Assembly: GCA_951406725.2 (NCBI GenBank)
Contig: OX597815.1
Coordinates: 195,114,001-195,178,000 of the forward strand
Direction: 5' to 3'
DNA: 64,000 nt
From: Octopus vulgaris
Taxonomy: Eukaryota
The position numbers and the translations under genes were made by a program. Positions 37,877-52,054 of this stretch are shown here, one piece after another. How positions within the stretch are numbered: the stretch's first letter is position 1; every line of letters begins with the position of its first letter. Under the pieces are notes generated by a model that was not told where the DNA came from, searched no databases, and worked only from the letters and a program-made list of their open reading frames with translations.

Positions 37877-38153
37877 ACTAATCCTGGTCGTGCTGATTCC
37901 CTGTTTATCACTTTGCCTTCGTAAAAAGCTATGTTTATCATCATGGATATTCTTATAGTATCAGGAAAGGAATTTTTTAAAGTCCTATTTCTAATTTCGG
38001 TATGTGATGATGCAATTAGCTGAAACCTAATTATAATTATGTGAATAATTTTACATATAAAGATTATTTTAACGTACCAATCTACTTGGTAAAATTATTA
38101 ATTAACTGATTAATTAATTAAATTAATAAATTTTACCCTTGTAATATTAATTT

Positions 38154-38194
<41 letters not shown>

Positions 38195-38198
<4 letters not shown>

Positions 38199-38540
38199 GG
38201 CACTCCGTCGGTTACGACGATGATGGTTCCCGTTGATCTGATCAACGTGAAATTAACCTGCAAGTAGCTGAGCACTCAACACATTTACCCTCAATGTAGC
38301 TCTCAGGGAGATTGAGAGTATGACAAGGCTGTCCCTGCCAAATCCTGCTACAACAGAACCAGGAAGAAAGGGTGAGAAAAAGTTGTGGTGAAAGAATACA
38401 GCAGGGTTCGTCACCAACCCCTGTCTGAGCCTCAGGTGTTTTCACTTAATAAACACTCACAACGCCCTCTCTGGGAATCGAAACTGCGATCCTACGACCG
38501 CGAGTCCGCTACCCTAACCACTGGTCCATTGCGCCTCCAT
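38195..38540 (-). mobile_element. tRNA-derived SINE family B
   Basis: Reverse complement of ggaggcgcaatggaccagtggttagggtagcggactcgcggtcgtaggatcgcagtttcgattcccaga. Confidence 0.75.
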
Positions 38541-38919
38541 ATATATATATGTGTGTGTGTGTGTGTTTGTGTGTGTGTGCGCGCGCATTTATGCGTCTGT
38601 CGTTTAGTATTTGCCTTGAGTAGGAAACAAATTCATAATCTGTCTTGGCTTGTATTAATTTTCTGTGTCTATTATTCTTTGCATTTCTGTTTATATTTCT
38701 CTTGATATTGTGTTCGAGGTTCAGTAAATACCTGTCTCACATCCCAAATTAGAAAAAGCGTGCAAATGCATTAATTACAAAATTAATATGCGTGTATATT
38801 TTAGTGAACAATACTCATAAAGCAAATCTGAGTATTGACATATGCACAATATTGGGATCTTCTGCATTTTTTATTATTTCTACAAAAAAAGTTCTATGAA
38901 TATATTTAATAGATTATGA

Positions 38920-39845
38920 AGCGGCAAGCTGGCAAAAACGTTAGCACGCCGGGCGAAATGCTTTACAGTATTTCGTCTGCCGTTAGGTTCTGAGTTCAAA
39001 ATCCGCCGAGGTCGACTTTGCCTTTCATCCCTTCGGGGTCGATTAAATAAGTACCAGTTAATCCGTTTGTCTGTCCTTGTTTGTCCTCTCTGTGTTTAGC
39101 CCCTTTTGGTCAGTAAAGAAATATGTATTTCGTCTCTCTTTACATCCTGAGTTCAAATTCCGCCGAGGTCGACTTTGCCTTTCCTCATTTCGGGGTCGAT
39201 AAATTAAGTACCAGTTGTTTACTGGTGTCTATCTAATAGACTGGCGCCCTCACCATAAATTTCTGGCCTTGTATATGTATTTCGTCTCTCTTTACATCCT
39301 GAGTTCAAATTCCGCCGAGGTCGACTTTGCCTTTCCTCATTTCGGGGTCGATAAATTAAGTACCAGTTGTGTACTGGTGTCTATCTAATAGACTGGCGCC
39401 CTCACCATAAATTTCTGGCCTTGTGCCTATAGTAGAAAAGAATATTAAAAAGCTACCAGCTGGCAGAATCTTGAGCACGCTGAGCGAAATGTTTAGTCTA
39501 TCCTTACGTTCTGATTTCAAATCTGCCGAGGTCGACTTTGCCTTTCATCCTTTCGGGATCGATTAAACAAGTACCATTTATGCACGGAAGTCGATGTAAT
39601 CAGATTAATCCCTTTGTCTGTCCTTGTTTGTCCGCTGTATGTTTAGCCGTAAGTGAAATTCGAATAGTCCTGTAATTATATTTACATCACTCCATTTGAA
39701 AAAGCATAAAGTATTTCTTTTCTACTCTTAGGCAGAAGACGCAAAATTTTGGGAGAGGCGGCCAATCAATTAGACCGACCCTAGTACGCAACTGGTACTT
39801 AATTTATCGACCCCGAAATTATGAAAGGCATAGTCGACCACGGGG
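38920..39845. mobile_element. cluster of SINE family A copies including a ~154-bp near-exact tandem duplication
   Basis: 39121-39273 is nearly identical to 39274-39423; further copies at 39450-39650 (+) and 39712-39845 (-). Confidence 0.85.
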
Positions 39846-41144
39846 AAAAATAATAAATTAAGTATTTCTACGAATAGAATGTTTCAATTCACCTATTATT
39901 TTGAGGTGTGGTTAAAATGAGTATCTATTTCAGAAGCGATATGAAAACAGATTAAATATCTATTTCTAGATTTCTGTATTCTTTCTGAATCAACTTTAAT
40001 TGGAATATCTGATACACAGATTTTGTATACTTTGTGGAGAGCTTTATTCCTAAATTATTTTCCACACGCCAAAATGAAAATACAATTTTATGTTAGCATT
40101 GTTCTACATAATAACAAGGTCTAAAAAAAGGCTTCTAATTCATTTCTCCATTGACCTTTTTGTATTAATTCTATGTTCCATAGCTTATTGTTCGGTAACA
40201 AAGTATAACTGGAAACAAACCACAATGTCTATAAATACCTCTATTTGTTTATTTCTGTTCTGATTAAAATACAGAGAGTAATACAATTGTTCGTCAAATT
40301 ATTTTATAAATTGAGTGGACACTGTAAATTTTCTTTTCATTTTCATTGGATAATCAATAAAACATTGGTTTCAGTATATATTACATAAATAGCGCTTAGT
40401 TTGGACAAATTTTCAAAATGACACGAATCGGGCAAATTACTGAGCATAAAGCATAGGAATTAAAAGGATCTAAATTTGAAGAATACATTAATTTTTTTAT
40501 GTCCACAATCCCCATAATACGGCCAGTATCAAACTTTCGGAATGGATTATAATTTCTTCTATTCTAGACACAAGGCCCGAAAATTTGGGGGAGGCGCTAG
40601 TCGATTCGATCGAGAATCTTTTCACTTTCATTGGCAGATCGAGAAATTATTTTTTTGTAAGTAAACACTTTCAAACTTCGGACACTGGTGGAATGTGTCA
40701 TATAAAAACATTTTTTTACTCTTAGCGTTGTTGACAAAAGTTTCTATTTTTGAAGTTATTTCGTGTTAAGATTGTCGTATTTCGGTAATTTCAACCAACC
40801 AATGACGTGTGTTCAGCTGAATAAAATCCCTGCTGTTGTTTGTCAATAACAACTTCCGCGGAGTATATTTCGTTTGTCACGGTTATTTATGACATATTCC
40901 ATCTCATTTACGTTCGTATAAATAAACGAGTGTATCTGAAGCACGTTTACTTCATGACATCACCATAATCGTTCGTGCATTTCTACTGCTTTTTAGGGTT
41001 TATTTTTCCTGTTTGCCAGCTACTATTTTCGGAAAGACTTCCTCCCGTCCCCCACACATTTTCTCGCGGATTATTGTTTTTCTTTTTTTTTTTTTTTGCC
41101 AAAAACCCAACTTTCGGGTGCGGAGATTCCAGAAAATTGACAAA

Positions 41145-41226
41145 AATTATTATCATCATCATCATTATTATTATTACTATTATTATTATTATTATCATTA
41201 TTATTATCATTATCATTATTATTATC

Positions 41227-41276
<50 letters not shown>

Positions 41277-41277
41277 A
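41145..41277. repeat. (ATT/ATC)n microsatellite
   Basis: Visible directly. Confidence 0.95.
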
Positions 41278-41799
41278 TGTTTGACTTTTGCTTTATATTC
41301 GTACACGTTGGCTCCAAGTCTCACCCAGAAACCTCAAGAGACAGCAGGTTGGAAGTTCATGTAGTTGCTATGCCTAGCGTGCCATATATTTGTTGTTTTC
41401 TTTTGGTGTTGTGCTATTGAATGTCTAAAAAAAAAAAGATTATGTTTGTTTTAAACCTTGAGATTACATAGAAAGTATTTTGCGTAGGATTGTTATTATT
41501 ATCATCATCATCACATATTTGGCTTTCGCTTTTTACAAATTGACTCCAAGTCTCACCAAGAAAATTGAAGAGACAAGTTAGAAGTTCCAAGTTGACGTTA
41601 TGACGGTGTCATACATTTGGTTTTGCACAGAGTATTGTTCTAGAGAATGTGTGTGAGAACATAAATTAATTAGAAGTTTGTTTTCATAGTAATTTGATTA
41701 TAAAATGATAGTCTGATGCTAAGATGACAGTAAAATGTGTTTGCTGTCATTTACACTTAAAAGTATTTTGACACTGTTTACGGATTAAATATTTTTGGG

Positions 41800-42030
41800 A
41801 TTACATAGACAATATTTTACGTAGGATATGAGCATTTGCTATGCGCACTATCTTTTGAATTTCTTCCATGTTTGGATGTTCTAGTATCTGAGCTACGTAG
41901 CAATCAGCCCTCTTTTGGTATCATTACTAGGGTACCTGAGACAACAGGTATTGTTTTAGTATTGGGGTTCCACATTTTGCCAATTCCTATTTCAAGATCT
42001 TTATACTTGCTCAGTTTATCATCAACATCA
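41800..42030 (-). mobile_element. R4/Dong LINE C-terminal fragment; related 3'UTR pieces at 41280-41490 and 41515-41640
   Basis: KLSKYKDLEIGIGKMWNPNTKTIPVVSGTLVMIPK in ORF 41904..42392; next to (TTA)n. Confidence 0.75.
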
Positions 42031-42037
42031 TCATCAG

Positions 42038-42097
<60 letters not shown>

Positions 42098-42128
42098 GCC
42101 AGCGAGTACATACATACATACATACATG

Positions 42129-42219
<91 letters not shown>

Positions 42220-43026
42220 GATATGCCTCTGTGTGTGTATGTGCCTAAATTTAACCTTAAGTAACATTTTATTATACGGTAGCTGAAGAAGCAAATATCG
42301 ATAAAAATGCACCAGACAAATATATTCTGTGTCCGATAACACTTAATAAATTCATTAAAGTCTGCTACAACCGTATCAGAACAAAATACCATGATTCCAT
42401 TTAGATGATCTAAGAATATCGGTGTTGATTAAATTGAATGTGAATAAAAGGAATATGCATTATATATATGTTATATCTAAGCAAATATATTTATGTGCAA
42501 TACACCTAATACAAAATTCACTAATGCGAGAATATTATTATCTATATCTCTATTTATCACACTTGTGTTTGAACATTATATCGTCACAATTAAAGTCTGA
42601 CAATTTTCCTTTTGTTTTAACATGATTGACGATTTATTGCTAAACTGTGGATTTGGGACAAGTTTTATAAATGTATTGTAACAATATATTCCTCTTCAGA
42701 CAAATTTGTCTGAGAAGCTATTTTTAATTAACGCTAGCGAATATAAAGTTTCGGATAACGATAACCAATATAAAGGTGGTGTAATTTATGAAATAGCTAT
42801 TTCTTTGTTAGATTGCAATGAATTTTTGTAAAATAGTGAGAATAAAAAAACACAATAATAATAATAACACAAAAAAAAACTTCAATTCAAAATTCTACAT
42901 GAATATTTAATACGTTCTAATCTGTTACAGCAATTTTGTTGCTAAACGACGATTGGTGAAGCAAACAATATAATTTCTAGTAAACACTCGAGCAAACCAT
43001 GTAATTTTCTATTAAATCGTCTGAGT

Positions 43027-43410
43027 ATCTTGCTTACCAACCACATGGTTCCGGGTTCAGTCCCACTGCGTGGCACCTTGGGCAAGTGTATTCTACTATA
43101 GCCTCGGCCCGACCAGAGCTTTGTGTGTGGATTTGCTAGACGGAAGCTGAAATAGGCCCGTCGTATATGTATATATATATATATATGCATGTGTGTCTAT
43201 ATGTTTGTGTGTCTGTGTTTTCCCCCCATCATCGATTGGCGACCGATGCTGGTGTGTTTACGTCCCCGTAACTTAGCGGTTCGGCAAAAAGAACCCGATA
43301 GAATAAGTAATAGGCTTACAAAGAATAAGTCCTGGGGTCGATTTGCTCGACTAAAGGCGGTGCTCCAGCATGGCCGCAGTCAAATGACTGAAACAAGTAA
43401 AGAGAAAGAG
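43027..43410 (+). mobile_element. SINE family C
   Basis: ccacatggttccgggttcagtcccactgcgtggcaccttgggcaag...aaatgactgaaacaagtaaagag. Confidence 0.85.
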
Positions 43411-43424
43411 AAAGAAAACCCATT

Positions 43425-43670
43425 TTCATCCCCAGTTACAACTCGACGCCAAAACGAGCATCCTGGGAATTTTCCAGCTGTTGTTTCGAAAGTCCAGGTT
43501 TATGAATGTGTCGCTTGATGGTTCTTTGAGAAGGACCAAGTGCTGTCGATAATTTACGAGTTTTGAACAAGGCCTCATTTTCCAGAACAGATGACGTATC
43601 TGGCTTTGGTTTGTCTTCTAGGTTGTCTTCGCAGAACTTCAAACACTTGTGCGTCGAAAACAGGCAATAA
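43425..43670 (-). mobile_element. mariner N-terminal relic
   Basis: KFCEDNLEDKPKPD...TRKLSTALGPSQRTIKRHIHKPG. Confidence 0.65.
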
Positions 43671-44129
43671 AATTTGGACTACTAAAATATTATCGCAGCA
43701 TTTCTCATCTAAGCCTACATTCCCACATTTTTGCTAGATAAATTTTACTACATTGACCCCAGTGAAAATGAGGAAATTTCACTGGTACTGTTTTTATGGG
43801 GTTTTTTTCGATGATAAATACACCTAATCTTACCAATATTTCAATTCAGAATATAAGTAACGTAAAGTATATCATCAATTGTTTACTAGTTCTCCTGATC
43901 AACTATCCACCTAAATTTTAAAATCTTGAATACTCATGTTCTGACAAAATGTGATCGAAGATTACGTTTTTAAAAGGATTATGGTATTGCACTCACGGTT
44001 GTTACATGGTGGGTTTCATTCCTATACTGGCCTGTGGGTTATGTTCTTAAACAAAACACTTCATTTCATGTTGATCCAGTGCTGTGTGGAGACCAGGATA
44101 TAAAAATCTAGGCCCATTTCTTGTTCGTG

Positions 44130-44335
44130 CCATAAAAGGAAACTTAAAGATGTTAGGGTAATGTTTCCACACCGACTTCGTAAGACCGTCACCAAGAAGG
44201 TAACGATTACCCAATCAGATAAATAGGCTGATGGTTATTCTGTGAGTGATGCAAACACGTCATCTGCCTGTGCCAGTAGGGAATCACCAAACGTGTTGGA
44301 TCACTAAACATGTTCACAGTGCATGCCCCAATATT
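44130..44335 (-). mobile_element. RTE-like LINE 3' fragment
   Basis: Minus-strand LGHA... and G..LGDGLTKSVW resemble the degenerate GH...G.R..GRP...W RTE C-terminal region. Confidence 0.4.
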
Positions 44336-44739
44336 ACTACTACTTCTACCATTACTACTAGTGATAATACTAAGATAATTCCTACTACTATTACTGCTGG
44401 TGACAACACTACTGCTAATTATCTATTCTTCAAATATTCTCTATTTTAGTCTGACAGATATTTAAACAGTAAGGAAGATATTTATGGTTTGTTGTATTCT
44501 CATTTCATTTCTTTTTATATTATATGATCTGTTCTAACTTTGCACTTCTGCAAACTTCCTGCGCTCATTTTCGATTATCATTTTACATTTCAACAAATGA
44601 TTACGTTACATATTCTACTTTGACTTCGTATTTAAATACACATCGTTATAGAACATAATAATGCATTTGAAGCAAAATAAGTGTTTAAATAAGCAGAAAG
44701 GAAATAAGGAAAACGATAAGACAAAGATCAATGGATACA

Positions 44740-45110
44740 AACAGCCAATGTCAACTGAGCATAAACGCATGAGGCACCTACATCCAAGAAAATGTTAAGA
44801 GAGACTAGGGTAGAACAGAGTCGATAAACATTGAGCTGATTTTCTATGAGAAAAGTAGAGAGAATTTGTACGATGATTTGTAAAGAATAAAATATTATGA
44901 AAAAGGGTGAAAGGAGCAAAAGAGAATAAACTTGAGAAGTGCTCAAGGAAGAGAGTATTTATTACTTCTGTGATATGACAGCAAAATATAACAGTAAAAG
45001 TTAATTCAAACATCATAAGGAACATCATAAGACAATGGATTTCAGCCGGTACGACTGTCATTAATGATATCCATTGCTTTATTTTCATATGGGTGACGGT
45101 TGAGGGAAAC
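44740..45110 (+). mobile_element. Merlin (IS1595/ISXO2-like) transposase relic
   Basis: NIIRQWISAGTTVIND at 45021-45068 resembles I..WI..GT.I.SD. Confidence 0.4.
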
Positions 45111-45427
45111 ATTTATACAATAATGTTATTATGAAGCACTACACGACATATCAATATATCTCACTGAAGTGAAATCATTATAAAATATTTCTCGTATCAA
45201 TTAATTGAATTATGCGTTTTTGCATTGCCCTTATATATATTTATTCTTTTTTGGTGCCAGGCGATTATAACAAAATTTATATATGTAACAAAAGCCTACA
45301 ATTTCTTATAAATTCTATATTTTTAGGGAAAATGGATTTTCAACTAATGCAGCATTGAAGCTAGTCCCTAGAGGATCGCTTGAATTTACTATAGCTGAAA
45401 TAAGGTTCTCCATCAAATTTCACATTG

Positions 45428-46291
45428 GAGGTCGTATCAAAACGTTCCCATACTAGTTCTGTTGTGCGCCAAAAGACATCAGCAGGCGGTTGTATGAGCA
45501 GTGAGAGCTAGCGGTGACTTTCATAAGACTGTGTGCTGAGTGACTTTACTTCGAAAGTTGAGAAATTAGTGTTTTTGTGAAAATGTGTATGTTGTAGTCA
45601 GCAATTTTGTCATGGACAGGAAGAAAGTCCAACCGCAAAATTTTGCGTGTAACTTGGGATCTCTGCTGCAGAGATATTGAGCATGCTTTGGCAAGCTTAC
45701 AGTGACGTGGACATGGGTAGTACGCAATGTTTTGAGTGGCATAAGCACTTGAAGAGTGGAAGAGTGTCTCTGGTAGACAATGAGCGATCTCGAAGATCTG
45801 TCACGAGCGTTAACACCGGAAATGTGGTATTGTGCATCGAGGATTCATCCCCCAGGGCCAGACCGGGAATCGAGAGTTCTACCATGAGAAGTATTTGAGG
45901 GAGGACATTCGGGGAAACCAACCGGATCTGTGAAGTGCGAATAATTCGATTCTTATCTGAGTTCTCTTTACTGGTGTGTTTCTGGCACAAAACAACATCG
46001 TGTCGCTTTCGCAACAGCCCTATTCGCCAGACATAGATCTTATGGATTTCTATCTCTTCCCCAAGACGAAAATCCGTTTTAACATAGTTGTCGAGATCCA
46101 GCGCAAATCGTATAAGATCCTCGACTTGCTTATGGAAAATGATTTCTAGGCCGGATTCCAAAAGTAGCAGGAACGTTGGGACCGGTGTATTGCTGTGCAA
46201 AGCCACTATTTCGAAGTTGATGTTCAAACGTAGTTAAATAAATTATTTTTTATTAGACATAACTAGTCAGTGAATCTTTTGAACTTACCTC
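45428..46291 (+). mobile_element. internally deleted mariner with both TIRs
   Basis: TIRs gaggtcgtatcaaaacgttcccatactagtt / aactagtcagtgaatcttttgaacttacctc; QCFEWHKHLKSGRVSLVDNERS and PYSPDIDLMDFYLFPK. Confidence 0.8.
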
Positions 46292-47079
46292 TTAAGTAAC
46301 ATAGTAAAAGGACCACACATAATGCAAGACGGAACAGCAGTGGCTGGAATGTCGTTGATCGTCGTTTTATTCAAGTTAAACATAATCAAAACAATTTGTT
46401 TTTACTATTTATGAATCTTATTTTTTGACATCCTAAGTTATAGAAATAACACATCAACAATTGGACAGCAATTAAATCAATAAAAGAGATTAAATTACCT
46501 GCGGCACGAAATAAGATGTAGGTGTCAGCCTGATAATAATACTGTTTTAGCTGTTAATAATGACATTCGCCCTAAACATCACATTCTATTCCCACGCTCA
46601 TGTATTTTATTGACATCATTACAACACTTGGAAACTTGATTTCTCTCCATTTTCGCTAATATCTGTTTAAAGACAATATATATAATTATAATCCGAATAT
46701 AACTATACACTACTCATTCGTTGAATACTTGCTTGTTATATAACTTAATGCGGGCAACTGTGTTCAGTCTTAGTGATGATGTCATAAAACCTGAAATAAT
46801 TTTTTTAATTTTATATTTGATAACAATACAAGTCAAATATAATATCATAAATACGCATCCTCAGTTAAGATTTTCTTTAAAAATCGATTTCTTAGTAACC
46901 AAACACATCGTGCATATAATATAGTTAATACTATAGCTAGCGATTTCCCCTCGTGATATGAATTATATTAAAACTAAATGATTATATAAATTTCATAAAT
47001 CTGAGATGTCCAATTTTTCGCGGTCGCCAAAATTCCTGGAGAGATATTGAAGTGAATAACTGAGGTCATCGAATGTGTT

Positions 47080-48500
47080 GCGTGTATAAATTTTATCCTA
47101 CATATTGACGGAGTGGAGACATCCCACATGTCTTTGCATTATTAACAATGTGTCTTTAAGTTTTCCTTTTAAAAGATAGCATGCAATTCTGTAATTGGTA
47201 AATTATAACATTCATTTAATTGAATTGAATTTTCGTTTCAATAGACAAAAAAATCATCACAATAACTTTCCCCTGGCGCTTCATAGCAACTGAAAGTGAG
47301 AACCTATTAGAGTACCAACTCGTGAAATGAAAATGCTGTTGGCGCTTGTCCTGCAAATAAATGTGTCATGTATTCTCTCAACGTAAATATACATTTTTCT
47401 TTTTAGGATTTTGGAAACTATCAAAAAATTTATTATCGATCATAATGTCCGCTTTGTCAACCAAACAATTTATATTTGTTCCTGCTGTAATAGCCACCAT
47501 TGTGAGAATTCTTCGTGCCCAGAGCTACATTGTATTCTGTAAAACAGTTTTTGTCTTCATTGTGAAAGAAACAAGGACATTTCAAAATGGGACTGCTGTC
47601 AGTTGTTGTTTATTAGGTTATAAAAACTGTTATCTATGTAGAATTCACGCGATAACAAGTGGCTACTAAATCTGATAACTAATTACTTTTGAACATAACA
47701 ATGTCGGTACTGACCACAATTTTACGATGGTGCTTTGGATATAAATGGAAATATCGCTTGTTTTTCAAACATCCAGTTTGCAAAAGATGTCCCTCACCAG
47801 GCTTACCGAAAAAATAAAACTGTAAAAATATGTGAAGGTAACTGTGAATGTTTTCTTACCATATTGCAACAATTCTACCTGCTTATAAATGATTCTACTG
47901 TGTATAAATGAGTACACGATGTTATTACAGGCGGATAAGATAGTCGATATAAGAGCAGATAAAACCGTTCAATATTCTTTGGATCTTTTGGCATGCATCA
48001 TTTTGTGAGTGACGTGCACTTCCATTAATCTGGATCCTCTATCACATTTTAATGGTGATACTAAGTAATCGGGAAAATATAAAGAGCAACACGCTTCTAT
48101 TACTGGTTTATATGATATTGTGCACCATGTTTATGTTACAACACTAATATCAACAATGAGAACCCATTGAAACAAATTTTCTTATAGATCAAATATCTGT
48201 GAAAATTGTAAAAAAAATCGTTAGTGTATATGAATTCGGCAATCATATTTATATTCCGTTGCATGTATTTGATGTTGAGCAAAATGAGGTAGCATACAAA
48301 GTTATGTGGTATGCGATTAGGCAACAATTCACTGCTAGTATTAATAACATTGATGTCCTTCAATGCCCAAGAAATTGCTATTTTAGAGATTTGGTGAATA
48401 TGAAATTTTTGAAACCTGATCGATAAGTAGACACAATACATTTCTGCAAATGTTGCCATAATGAACATCTTTTCTACTGAGTGCCCAACAATTTAGAGCT
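47080..48500 (-). mobile_element. piggyBac transposase relic, heavily decayed
   Basis: Minus-strand VDKAD (47447-47461, GGVDxxDQ-like), KHGAQY (RHGAKQYI-like) and Cys-rich-domain-like residues near 47100-47170, in the expected order. Confidence 0.45.
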
Positions 48501-49394
48501 TCGACGCCAGTTTTGTCAGAAAATTTTTATAAAATTTAATAAAAGAGCCTTCCTACATTAATACAATAACAGGATTCTCAACGTTACTGGATTAAAATAC
48601 ATGGCAAACAAACTGACAGTAGAGCGGTGCTGTACAGCATGTTTCACGCGATAAAAGATACAAATGTTTCAATCACTGACCGAGTTACTTCAATTTTCGT
48701 ATTCTCTTATGCAAACCTCCTTTCAGTGGTACACAAGATTTCTTATTGGTTTAAAGCTACGTAGAAGAAACAGAGGTTGTTAAGGCAATATTTTCAAGGT
48801 GCACGCATTAAGACTTATTTGACAAATTCCATGGCGGAATAAAAAGACTGGAAATTTTAGATATAATTTGCATCAAGGCAAAACTAACAGTAATCTTCGA
48901 ACTTAGAAATATCGGCATAAGAGTGCCATCGTGGTGTTAGTGTTTCTATAACATATAAACAAAAGTAAGAATAATTTTAGTCACATACATTGCGCTCATC
49001 GATTACTTGTTACTATATCAAGTTTCATTGTTGTATACGTTTTATTATGGTAGAAACTGAAAGTAGTGAATATGGTCAAGTTTGCCACTCCGCATACTTT
49101 CTGTTTAAAAATTTTCCAATCTCTAAAAGTCGCTTCAGTGGCTCTCGCATCATTCCTTTTATTTCTTATTTCTCACTAGCTTCAATTATCAGACCGCGGC
49201 CTTATTTGGGTATCTTTAAGAATTTTGGTCCATCTTTGTACTCCTGGGCATTAAGATCTGAATTGTAAGAGTTTCACTACGTTGACAACGGAGACTCATC
49301 TTATCCTATGCAGATTAAATCCGTTACGACTGGCCGCATATTGAGATGAAATCTTAATACTGACGCATTAGTATATATATATATATATATATAT

Positions 49395-49738
49395 AAAGGA
49401 AATGAAGAAAATGCTGACAAAATAATTTAAGTAAGGGAGATTGTATTTAATTAGGTTTTACCGGTTGCGCATTTGTTATGCTTATCAAAAGATATTTTGA
49501 GTGAGATAGAGCTCCTTTCTGATTGATTTTTTTTCTCTTATCTGATAAGAGAAAAAAATCAATCAGAAAGGAACTCTATCTCATTCAAAATATCTTTTGA
49601 TAAGCATAACAAATGCGCAACCGGTAAAAATAACTTTCACCTAATTAAATACACTCTCCCTTACTTAAATTATTTTGTCAGCATTTTCTTCATTTCCTTT
49701 TTTTATATATCACAACTCGTGTTCCACATCTTTTTTAA

Positions 49739-49740
<2 letters not shown>
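49395..49740 (+). mobile_element. PLE-type terminal fragment in fold-back (inverted plus direct) form, in (TA)n
   Basis: Near-perfect palindrome centred at 49543 with ~150-bp arms; tail tatatcacaactcgtgttcc resembles the PLE end tatatcaactcgtgtgttcc. Confidence 0.75.
49592..49631 (+). ncRNA. hammerhead-like motif (U3-A8 core, GCAA in place of GAAA)
   Basis: atctt-TTGATAA-gcat aacaa atgc-GCAA-ccgg-TA-aaaat. Confidence 0.5.
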
Positions 49741-49813
<73 letters not shown>

Positions 49814-49844
49814 CACAGGAGTGATATATATATATATATATATA

Positions 49845-50262
49845 GGCACAGGAGTGGCTGTGTGGTAAGTAGCTTGCTTACTGACCACATGGTCCCAGGT
49901 TCAGTCCAACTGCATGGCACCTAGGTAAGTGTCTGCTACTATAGCCTCGGGCTGACCAAAGTCTTGTGAATGAATTTGGTAGATGGAAACTGGTAGAAGC
50001 CCGTCGTATATGTATATGTATGCGTGTATATGTTTATGTGTCTGTGTTTGTCCCCCCAACATCCCTTGACAACGATGCTGGTGTTTTTACGTTCCCGTAA
50101 CTTAGCGATTCGGCAAAAAAACTGATAGAGTAAGTACTAGGGTTACAAAGAATAAGCCTAGTACTTATTCTACAAGAATAGGATCGATTTGCTCGACTAA
50201 AAGCGGTGCACCAGCTTGGCCGCAGTCAAAATGACTGAAACTAGTAAAAGAGTAAAAAAAGA
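49845..50262 (+). mobile_element. SINE family C
   Basis: ggcacaggagtggctgtgtggtaagtagcttgct head and full body. Confidence 0.85.
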
Positions 50263-50298
50263 GTATATACATACATACATACATACATACACACATAC

Positions 50299-50335
<37 letters not shown>

Positions 50336-50500
50336 CTTTTATTCTTTTATTTGTTTTAGTCACCTGACTGTGGCCATGATGGAGCACCGCCTTTAGTCGA
50401 ACAAAGTGACCGAGGACATACTTTGTAAGGTAGTACTTATTCTATCGGTCACTTATAACGAACCGCTAACCAGCGTCGGTTGTCAAGCGATGCTGGGGAG

Positions 50501-50545
<45 letters not shown>

Positions 50546-50729
50546 GGGTTTCTTTCAGTCTTCCTCTACCAAATTCACTCACAAGGGCCGAGGGTATTTA
50601 TTTCTTATTTTTTATGCTTTATTTTTAATTTTTTTCTATATTCTGTTTTTATTCCCCTATTTCTATCCCTCTCTGGCACACACACACTAATACTAAGAGC
50701 TTCAGCCCCACCACATTATATACAGTAGG

Positions 50730-52050
50730 ATGCCGCACACACCCACACACACAAACAAACACACACACACACATAACACACACATACGCACCAACATACA
50801 TACCTACACGTATATACACACATGCCTATATACATATACACACACATATACACTCCCACACAGATACACACCCACATAGACTCCTCATCACACACATACG
50901 CAAATATTTACACTCAGACACTGACACGTACACACACATAGTCACATGCACGCAAACATATTCATGTATTCACACACCCACACATGCCCTTCTCCGCACT
51001 CAGACATACAAACACACTTATACGCGCACTCACACATACAAATATATACACAGCCCACACATGACCACGCATACACTCACGCATACAGCGCCCCCTCACA
51101 CACACTCATACGCATGTTTATATACACAGGCATTCACACACACACACTTGGCATTTCGCCCCCTCAAATCCCGTCACAGCACCACATACACGCGCGCCGC
51201 ACACACATTCATACGTACACACACGCACACATATACGTCCACGTACACAACACACAACCACAACACACACACACACACGCACAACACACACACACACATA
51301 CACATATATTTCTTTACTGCCCACAAGGGGCTAAACATAGAGGGGGCAAACAAGGACAGAGAAAGGGATTAAGTCGATTACATCGACCCAGTGCGAAACT
51401 AGTACTTTATTTATCGACCCCGAGAGGATGAAAGGCAAAGTCGACCTCGGCGGAATTTGAACTCAGAACGTAACGACAGACGAAATACCGCTAAGTATTT
51501 CGCCCGGCGCTCTAACGATTCTGCCAGCTGACACGACTTCACGCACAATCATACGCCCATATATACACATATATACTCACGTGCACACCAACACACACAT
51601 ACATATATATATTATATCGACACACACGCACTAATATGCACATAGACACACTCATATATTCCCACTCCGTCCTACGCACATATGCTATCACATGTATACA
51701 CACGCACAGCCACAGCCTCCCACTCACATATCGGTCACCTTCTTCGACAGATTCAAACACCAGCCACTGATCTGCTCGGTGACTGAAACGAATAAAAACA
51801 CACACGCACGCTGATACTACCACACACACACACACACACATATTCTACTCACACAAACACGAACATACAGCAGCAGAGATACTAACACACGAACACACAC
51901 ACACACATATACTACCCACACAAACACGCACTTACACACTAATCACACAAACACACACGGACACTGATACTGTCACAAACACACATACTACTCAAAGACA
52001 TACACACGCCCACATATACTACCACATACGCATGCACAAACTACCACACA
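50730..52050. repeat. long degenerate (CA)n-rich tract with an embedded SINE A at 51308-51528 (-)
   Basis: Visible directly. Confidence 0.85.
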
Positions 52051-52054
52051 AATA

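Noticed and set aside
38920-39650. CRISPR-like or satellite array
   Set aside because: Tandem SINE pieces with no repeat-spacer organisation, in a eukaryotic context.
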